The notes under the pieces were generated by a model. That model saw only the letters and a program-made list of their open reading frames with translations. It was not told the origin of the DNA and ran no database searches. A stretch of DNA of 60,552 bases, the filler included, from Bipalium vagum (taxonomy: Eukaryota): the NCBI GenBank assembly GCA_037834085.1. It is 3 parts of 3 records of this genome, joined end to end, with 100 filler letters (N's around TTAATTAATTAA, not from the genome) between each part and the next. Parts side by side here need not be neighbours in the genome. Positions count along the whole stretch, not along the records: positions 40,255 to 60,552 come from JBBMKC010256074.1; 2 more parts are not named here. The stretch is one strand, 5' to 3'. This document shows positions 51,850 to 60,552 of this stretch, piece after piece. The translations under genes and the position numbers were made by a program. How positions within the stretch are numbered: the first letter of the stretch is position 1; each line of letters starts with the position of its first letter.

Positions 51850-54800
51850 ATGACTTCAAGCGTTAAAGATACATTTCCAAATAACAGTTCATGGATAGGT
51901 CGATCTGGGGTTGTTGTTGGATATAAACCTGAAGATACAATGAAAAGCTTTTTGTTCAATCAAAACAATAGACACTGCATCAATATATGTCATCAGGGTG
52001 ATATGTTACCACAGCAAAACGATATTGAGAAGGCTCTAAACTTTTTATCTAGTGATTCTGAAACCGACTCCAGTTCCATGACGGTAAAATGGTCCCATCT
52101 TAAATTGGAATAATGATGATATTTTTTCAGAAAATTACCGTAAAAAACGCACCATGTCTAGTCAAAGGTAAATGGTTTACTTTAAATAGGAAATCTTTTC
52201 ATTGATTTTGTAGATATCTCTTCAAAAATAGAGGACAAATCTAATTTATTGAAGGTAGAAGGAACTTTTCATTAATCAATAATATATTGACGATTTATCG
52301 ACTTAATTTTTTAATTTGTCATAGATCACCAAAAGTGGAATGGATTTAGACTCATGGACCAAAGGTGTCAATTCCGATTCCGATTGTACTTCCAACGATA
52401 TATCAAATGATTTCGCCGATGATGGATGCGGTGGTCGAGGTGACGGTGGCGAAAAAGAAAGCAGAACGATCATTTTTCCAAGACAGAAATCGTTTAATGA
52501 AATCCTGGAAGAGAAACTTCAACACGAGGTCGATTTCGATTCCATAGATTCTATTCTTTTTCCTGGTTCTTTTTCTCTTTACACTTCCCTTCTTTCGGCC
52601 TTCTTTCTTATCTTTTCTTTTTTCTCCATCTACCTATTCTGTTTTTTGTCAATTTCTCTTTCTCTTTGCCTTCTTTTTCACATTTTTTTTCTCTGTCTTC
52701 GATCTTCTTTTCTCCACTTATTTCTTACTGTCTCTTTCTTCTCCTCTTTTCTCCATCTTCCTCTGATCTCCTATATTCCCTTTTCGTCCTCTTTTTCTTT
52801 TATCCTTTTCTCCTCTCTTCCATTTTTATATCTTTTTTCTTCTATCTCCTCTCTATTCTTCTCTTTCTCTCTATTGCAACCCTCTATTTCTTTTTTCTGA
52901 CTGTCTTTCCCTTCGACCTCCGTAATTTAATTGATCATTTCCGGTTCAGGAAACGCTATTCAACACTCAAAGAGGACAACACTCTTGTAGATCAGGATCG
53001 ACTAGAGTCAAATCAAAGTTCACTTTTCTCAAAAAGAATGAGGGAAAGGCAGCCTGGTGCAGCAACGTTCGTCGGTCACAGAGTGGTCAGTTGACAAAAC
53101 CACAGCCGATCAATGGAAAGGGACGTAGTCAATCGAACGATCGCGTCGTGTCTATGAAACCGCCGCAATCAGCACACCCAGCTTTGAAGCTTCACAAACT
53201 ACAACCTTGTCTACCGACAGCATTGTCACAGCACCAGTCCCACCAAAATCATCATGAATCGACCAACAACACACATTCTCATTCTCATCAAATGAATAAA
53301 AAGAAGCACCAACCACAATCATTGACCACTGAAAAGAAGTCTGTGCAAAATCCCGGGAAAAAATCGACGGAATTGACGATATCCATGGGCGCAGAGAAAC
53401 AGTCGACAAACCCATCTCGGAAAACCGTCCACTTTGCATCGACTTTCAAAAACGATAGCGATATCGACTTAAAACCTGAGCAATCAATGAAAATGGTATT
53501 CAAATAATTTTTTTCATTGATCCATAAATTAATTGATTTATCAATAATTGATAAATTATACTCATTAATAAGAATAATTATTAATCAATACTTAATTTTT
53601 AATAATTATGAAAATTCAATTATTGACTTTCTAAGTTTTCTATAATTAATTTTAGAATTATTGATTTAATATTTAAAAAATCAATTAATCAAATCAACTT
53701 TATTAAACAAAACAATTACCATCTGAATCAACAATTTTTTGCCATATATTAATAAGTTTTTATGTACCAGTACGATAAAAATCTGATTTCTTTGAAAATT
53801 AGATAAGCATAAAACAAATTATAATCACAATGAGACTTGTGTGGGCTATACGTTGGATGAAGAAGAATTTCAAGTTTTTTATTCTTTTAGTGTTTCTTGA
53901 GCAAGTTTTGAAGGTTATGATCTTGCGTTGTCCTGTAACAATATGAGACATTTTCTGTTAACTAAGAAAAGTTGCACTTTTGACAATTTTTAATAGGCAC
54001 ACCCTATCACAGTAAACTTTACCTTTAATATTTTCATTAGTTTTTAAAAACTAAACATGACAAATTCCGTGCTAGGTCCACCAAGTGTTCATCAAAGTTT
54101 TTAGGTGATATTTCATGTTTCGGGCTTATTCCAGGCATTGATCCCTTGAGTTTCCATCGACTCATAATGTTTGAAATCTTTATTTACCTTTTTTATTTTT
54201 TTATAGATTAATTATTTTTAATAAATAACAACTCTAATTTCGATTGCTATATTTTCTTTTTAAATTAAAATATTTTTGTCTAAATTTACAACATAATATT
54301 TTTTTATTAATTAAATTTAAATTATCAATTAATTTTTCAGACTTATTTTCTCTGTTTTTGGTTTTCATAAATAATTCATATTTATTAAAAGTATTTTAAA
54401 AATATTTATAAAATAAAGATATCAGTATTATTATTAATAATAAATAATTTATTATTAACAATGATCAATAGCATTTAAAATAATAACTATATTAAACATA
54501 TTCCCGATAATATTATTAATAATAAACAATGATAATTATTAACAATAATAATAGACAAAATAAATTTTTATTTTATAAAAAGATCACATAAGTTCATTTA
54601 TAAAATTTTTTTTCAAATAAAAACTCTTAGAAAATTCAGTCACTCTTAAATCATAGTTTTAAGTAAAATAACTCAAAGCATTATTGAAAGCATATTTATT
54701 CTATTTTCCCTCTGTTGTCGTTCACTGAGGCGTCATAAATCCGTTTTGCATCGCTAAACAAAAGAATAATCACAATATTACATATTTAGATGAAATTCTA

Positions 54801-57564
54801 TTTTGTTACCTTATAAGAGGTTGGTTTGAGATCTTCCTTCTTGACCATGTCGGTTTTAATTATCTAAAGAAAACATCGATTATTTTCATGTCACCAAGAC
54901 CAATTTTCTTGCCACAAACCTGTTCGGATGCACTGTTGTTCCGTTTTAAAACTTTTTTTCCCGACGGTTTTCTTTCATCGAAAATCGATTGAAAGGGTTT
55001 CTGCAAAAGTGCTCCACCACTCTAAAAGCAACATACAAAAATCGATTAATTTCTTCTATTCTTCAATTAACAATATTCGTTAACCTTGAATAGATGGAGC
55101 AGTTTTTTCCATGGTTTATTCGTCTTCTTATAATTGTTTTCCAATACCATTTCTAATTCTGCATTTCCAGTCGATTTTGCGAGATCCAAAGAACTCTGTT
55201 GGTTGATGTTCTTCAGGCTTACATCGGCACCGTATTTCAAAAGAGATCTGATAACGTCAAAGTTTCTTCTGCAGACCGCCAAATGAAGAGCTGTGTCACC
55301 GGCCATGTTCGGTTGATTGAGGCACTGCTCCGGTAGCACTTTTATCAACGTTTTTGCTGCCAAGTTGCTACCACACCGTACGGCGGCGTGAAGAGGAGTG
55401 TCACCGTGCTAGAATATAAAAAAAAACCTTTCAATAACACAACTTCCACCTTATCAACGGTTCTTTGATGATCAATATTGACTTTTACCTTATTAACACA
55501 ATTGACCGTGGCCTTTTTCAATATCAGCAGCTTGATGATACTGTCGTTATTACCAATTGCAGCCTGGTGCATCGCAGTTAGACCGTTCTGAATTTAAACA
55601 CAAATAAAGTAACACAGCACAAACAAACAATCCAGTAACATTTCAATCAATAATTACCGGGTATAAATAATCAATATTCCCATAAGTCGATATGAGGTCC
55701 ACTATGTCCAGACGATTCTGAATGACCGCTTCCATGAGAAGTTGGTTTGCCTGAACCAAAGTGCCATTCCGTTAAGATTGAAATAAGAAAAGTGAGTAAA
55801 TCAATTACACATTCTGAGGATTTCTTAAAGAAAACTTTTGACTTTTGGAAAATAAATAGAGCTGCATCCAAGTTGCCGCTTTTAATGGCCTGCTGAAATG
55901 GCTCGATTCCCCGCTGTACAACAAAAAATCAATAAATACTGTTAGATGAAAGGGTTTATCCACTTATCATCCTCGTTCACTCACTTCATCGATTTTATCG
56001 ATATAGTCTGGAAAAGCGTTATAAAGAGCCTCCAAATTTCTCATTACACCCAAATCGGCCGCTTCTACGAAAGGGTTCTGTTTTGATTTTAGTAAATCAA
56101 AAAATCATTATTTTTTTTTCCTTTCATTAAAAAATACCAATGAGATCAATATTACCCTTATATAAAAGTTTTTCGCCTTCAATTTATCGATTCGGTTTTC
56201 AAAATTAGGGCCACATGTGAACAAAGCGGTCTTGTAGTATCTTTCCAATGCCAACTTCTCCTTTTCCGTTTTCGTTTGATCCATTTCTTAATCAATAATA
56301 ATAATATCGATAAAATTAAAAATTATAATTTAATTAAAACAGGGGTGGTTAAGAAATTTTTAACAAAAAATTCAATTTATATTACATGTAAATTTATTTC
56401 ACAAGAAAATTTAATGTTTTTACAAACAAATTTTTATTAATTTATTTTACCATAAAAACCTGCTTTATAAAAATTAATTAATTTCGATAAATTATTGATT
56501 TTTAAATCTCATTGATTCGTTCTTTTTTTATTTCGATTTTAAACTTCCCTTTGCAATTAATCGATCCAGTCAATATTAAGTAGACAAAATTATGAGAAAA
56601 TTTCGTTTTGGAAATTTAAATATGAAAAATTACATCATTATTTCCAATAATCAATGTATGAACCAATGGAAATTGAGACCTTCGTTTAATTTTAAATTCT
56701 TTTTATAAAATTGATAATTATTCAAAGTATTTTAAAAATTTATTGATGAAATCAATTTTAAATATTATATCAATAAAAAATTTTTTCCAATTGACCAATG
56801 AAAATTGAAGTCGATTCTCAATTTAATATTTGAAACATAAATCAATAATTAAAACAAAAAAATATTTAATAATTAAAATTACAACGCATCAAAAAAATCA
56901 AATGTCTCAAACATAGAAAATGATCACAGAAAAAACAATTTATATTACATTTTGTACCACACAGATAAAAATAATGCTTTTACAAACAAATTTTGAGCGA
57001 TTTATTTCACCAAAATAAACATTTCATTTGATAAAAATGTAATTTTGATTATTAAAAGTTTTTTTTAATATTACTTAAAACATTATCGATTTTATAACAA
57101 TTCTTTTCCATTTTAAAGTTTCAGTTTAAATTTTATCGATTTAATCAATGTGGAATCTATCATGAATCTAAACATGATAGAAATTCAGTTTTATTGAAAT
57201 ATTAAAATAAATAAATTATAATTTTATTAATATTTATTAATATAATATTAATAACAATGGTTATTATAAACTAATATTATTATTTAATAAATATTAATAT
57301 AACTTGTTATTAGTTTTTATTTTTCTTTATACTATAACAATAATAATTTACATTTATTTTTATAAATATTATTTTATTTTTATTTTTATTTTATTATAAT
57401 TTTTTATTATGCTATTTAATTTATGTTTACTTTTGGTTCATGTTTTATTACTTTTAATGTTTGAAAAGTACATTGATATTATATTAATAATAATATTAAT
57501 TCTTACTATTAATATTTATTATTTAATGTTTTTATTAATAATAATATCATCATTCTTCTTCTTC

Positions 57565-57598
<34 letters not shown>

Positions 57599-59915
57599 CA
57601 TATTGTTTCAATTATAATTAGTTTTATTTTTATTAATACTTACAAAATTAGTCATTTTAATAATGTTAGTATTATTTTATATTTACTGGGATTAGGATTC
57701 AGTTAGTTATTTATTGTTTTAACCATTATTCACTTTTGCAACTATCCCTTCTTCAGGCAGACGCTAATGACCATGTTGCCGAAATCGAAGATCGCAGTAT
57801 GACCACTTTCGAAACACATGTAATCATTGTCCGTTCATCTTTCTCCTCTTACAATATCGATTCTTGTTTCAATAGGATCTCGACAAGGAGCTTGTTGAGT
57901 TTGAACTTTTGGAACAGATCGCCAATGTCTCTATCAGCAGTTCCGTAGTGAGCTCCATTGCATTTTATGAGGAAGAAAGTTTACGAGAAAAACTTAAAAA
58001 ATGTCGTCATATGCTGCCGCCGACCACTCACCATCAAAACCTGTGTAATCCCAATAATCACAGGTACAACTTCCTTTTTCAATTCTCTACGCACTTTTAT
58101 TGACTGTATCCTTCCCTTTGATCATAAATGATTATTCGTTTTTTAAAGACTTTTTGAAGTAAACTAATTATAAGCAATCATATCAATTCATTAAAATTAT
58201 CTATTCTTTATTTAAAATTAATTGTTTATTTAATTCTTTATCCATTATTTTTATTATATGATTATACTTATACTAATATTAATAACAAGGATAATAATAT
58301 CTATAATAATATTATTTTTAATTTTTATTATTATATTATAATTATTTATTATTTGATTTTTAACATTTTTTCGATATTAAATTTTTAAAAATATAATTTT
58401 CTTTTATTAATAACAAAATTATCGAGTTTTCTTTATATAAAATACCTTAATACTGGATGTTTAAGAAAATTAAATTTCTTAACATTGTGAATTATTTTTC
58501 AGTTTTGACTAATTTGGTCTTTAAAATATTCAATAAAAAATAATAATTATGATAATAAAACTAATCATAAAATATTTAATAATAATAATAATTTATTATG
58601 TAACAAAAAAATTGGTAATTATATTTTGGTAAATTATATTTATTCTCATTACTGTTTTTTACCGTATTTTTTACCGTTTCATATTTATTTATGTTATTTA
58701 TTTTATATCTTTCCTTAAATGTTAACGTAATAATATAAATGAGATCAAGTGATTATTCTTGTCTTAAGTCAATTTAAAATTCAGAAAATGTAAATTTGAT
58801 TTATATCGATCAAATATTTGTTGAAGTAAACGAATGGTCATTTCGTTTCGTACTTCTAAAGCTCTATCATTTACTGACGTCTATTGATTATCTTTTGTAT
58901 CTGCAATTATTGATTTTTTGAAATAATAAATATAAAATCAAGTAAAAATGTTTAAAAAATCTAGTAAAATGCATTAAAATTAATATAATATCAATATAAT
59001 TAATATATATTAAAAGTAATAAAACATGAAACCAAAGTAAACTAAAATTAAATAACATAATAAATAAATACTAATAAAATAAAAAATTTTTAAAAGAAAA
59101 TAATAATAATTATTATTATAATAATAATAAAAGTCTTATTTTTGATTAAAACTTTTCGACTACTAATTCAAAAGATTTTCGTTTTTTGAGACATGGGAAG
59201 TTATACATCTTTGTTATTTTGATATTTCAATTTTCGGTAAATGAAAATACGAATGATACATTCCAGTAATAATAAACCGTGTGAGGAAAACCCATTTTCC
59301 AAACCAAATGAAATTAGACTACCTCAGCAATTGTCGTTCTGCGAAGAGACAGTGGAGAATGTTAAGTATTCGGTCATCTCGTCCGATACCGAATTGATCA
59401 ATCGAACAACCGAAGTGTGCCATGATAACAGTGACGCTGACGATGGCTCTGGGAGTGTCAGTGTAAATACAACAACGCTCAGTGAATTTCTGGAACCGGA
59501 ACACAATAAACCGGTTCCGTTTCTAAAAACCAATAATAATCAGGCTTTCACGAGAAAAATCTCCAAGCAAAATGATCGCTTTAAAAGTTCTGATCCGGAA
59601 ACTGAAGAATGGATCGATGAAATAGCTCCAATTCAGTCAACGAAAACCAATAGTCAGGAGAGTTCTGTTCCGATCATCAGTGCCAGACCATCGAATGTTC
59701 ATTGGACGTTTGCAGACCCTTTTCATCAATCAATATCATCAATCGATGACGATGACGACAATGACAATAATAATAACAACAATACCGAAGACGATGACGA
59801 TGACGATGATGATGTTGAGCAAAATCCACTTTTTGGCACCACTGAAAAGAAACAGCCGAAAGTAAACCAAAATAATGTACAAAAATCGATTTATCCTCCT
59901 GTTTTGGTGGATAAG
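51850..59915 (+). CDS. CENPJ: SAS-4 / CPAP / CENPJ-like centriolar protein, 5' part (~654 codons in window; continues beyond it)
   Basis: Exons 51850-52083, 52131-52167, 52214-52254, 52325-52528, 52950-53495, 57757-57819, 57876-58063 and 59267-59915, all GT-AG and phase-compatible. Four motifs occur in CPAP order: SWIGRSGVVV (cf. human WMTNPSRAGVIL), RQKSFNEILEEKLQHE (cf. KQTFEDYLEEQIQLE), KFTFLKKNEGKA (cf. PN2-3 QPFLKRGEGLA) and ELVEFELLEQIANVS (cf. ELDEFLFLEQAADEIS). The coiled coil and TCP domain are not in the window. Confidence 0.8.
52550..52920 (+). repeat. Polypyrimidine (CT-rich) low-complexity tract filling a SAS-4 intron
   Basis: About 370 nt almost entirely T/C on the + strand, within intron 52529-52949. 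Confidence 0.9.
54733..56284 (-). CDS. Ankyrin-repeat protein, paralog B (~339 aa, 9 exons), nested antisense in SAS-4 intron 5
   Basis: Exons 56284-56156, 56077-55985, 55913-55809, 55750-55658, 55587-55489, 55408-55085, 55021-54920, 54863-54810 and 54753-54733. Introns GT-AG, 56-80 nt, phase 0. GLTAMHQAA, GDTPLHAAV, GDTALHLAV; ends RCKTDL*. Exon boundaries match paralog A. Confidence 0.88.
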
Positions 59916-60110
59916 GTATTATTTAACTTTCTATAGCAATATTATCGATCTTTTAATTTGCTTATTATTATTTTTATTTTTATTATTATATACAAAATTT
60001 TATTTCAAAACAAATTTAAATGCTAGATAAATACAATTAATATCGTTATACATGATAATAACGACGAATATAGTTAAATATCACAGATAGTTATTGTTCC
60101 AATCAATAAT

Positions 60111-60217
60111 TTATAATAAATCTTCATCGCAATTGTCCAAAGAGGAGCTGTCTTCATTGTCGTTGTTGTCGATCATTATATTATCAGCTATCCGAAGAAG
60201 CCAAACTTGACAATGAC
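60111..60217 (-). CDS. Candidate terminal exon of another antisense gene
   Basis: Acceptor ...ttcattgggatag|gt, then an open reading HCQVWLLRIADNIMIDNNDNEDSSSLDNCDEDLL*. GC-richer than its flanks; minus-strand AATAAA near 60000. Confidence 0.4.
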
Positions 60218-60504
60218 CTATCCCAATGAAATACACATTACTATTATTTTTATTTTTTTATTCATAATCATAATAATTATTATTATGATTTTGATTATTA
60301 TTTTTATTAAATTAATATTAATATCACAAAACAAATCTATTTTTTAATGTCTTGAAACATTGATTTAAGTTTCTTTTCTGTCTTGATTTTTTACAAGTGA
60401 AAATGTGCAGCATTTAATTATTTGAAAATTATTTTCTTAAATTTTATTGATTTTGTGTGAAATTTAAATTAAAAAGTGAACCAAAATTTTAAGGGCTGAA
60501 AATG

Positions 60505-60552
<48 letters not shown>
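60505..60552. repeat. (AAT)n microsatellite
   Basis: Perfect AAT run to the window end. Confidence 0.92.

Noticed and set aside
52340-52900. ORFs 52340-52900 and 52666-53094 as multi-pass membrane proteins
   Set aside because: The Phe/Ser/Leu runs are translations of a CT-rich intron. Splicing 52528 to 52950 restores CPAP-like motifs.
23923-59915. Functional cluster of centriole regulators (beta-TrCP/Slimb degrades Plk4; SAS-4 builds centrioles) or of beta-TrCP with IkB-like ankyrin substrates
   Set aside because: An assembly spacer separates beta-TrCP from the other genes, neither ankyrin protein has a DSGxxS degron, and proximity alone is weak evidence in a eukaryote.
1-60552. CRISPR arrays, operons or prokaryotic defence systems
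   Set aside because: The sequence is intron-containing eukaryotic DNA; the only periodic repeats are microsatellites and short 2-3-copy tandems without unique spacers.

Overview
Very AT-rich eukaryotic (most likely animal) genomic DNA with GT-AG spliceosomal introns, many only 43-80 nt long. The window is cut into three pieces by two artificial 100-bp assembly spacers (N44-TTAATTAATTAA-N44 at 22722-22821 and 40155-40254). I reconstructed four genes by hand from splice sites. (1) A beta-TrCP/Slimb F-box/WD40 gene (+, 23923-31735) with an extra ~80-aa insertion that carries a motif resembling beta-TrCP's own degron (DSSGIYMS); it has a probable alternative last exon at 37708-38316. (2) An ankyrin-repeat gene (+, 41966-43344). 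(3) The 5' part of a very divergent SAS-4/CPAP/CENPJ centriolar gene (+, from 51850, running off the window). (4) A second, paralogous ankyrin gene (-, 54733-56284) nested antisense inside a SAS-4 intron. Both ankyrin paralogs have only phase-0 introns and end in a class I PDZ-binding-type motif on a 21-nt last exon. A further antisense terminal exon may lie in the next SAS-4 intron. The rest is mostly decayed Tc1/mariner elements (about 15, from several lineages), a degenerate tRNA-Ala(CGC)-like element, microsatellites and small dispersed repeats. Family assignments rest on remembered motifs, not on database searches.
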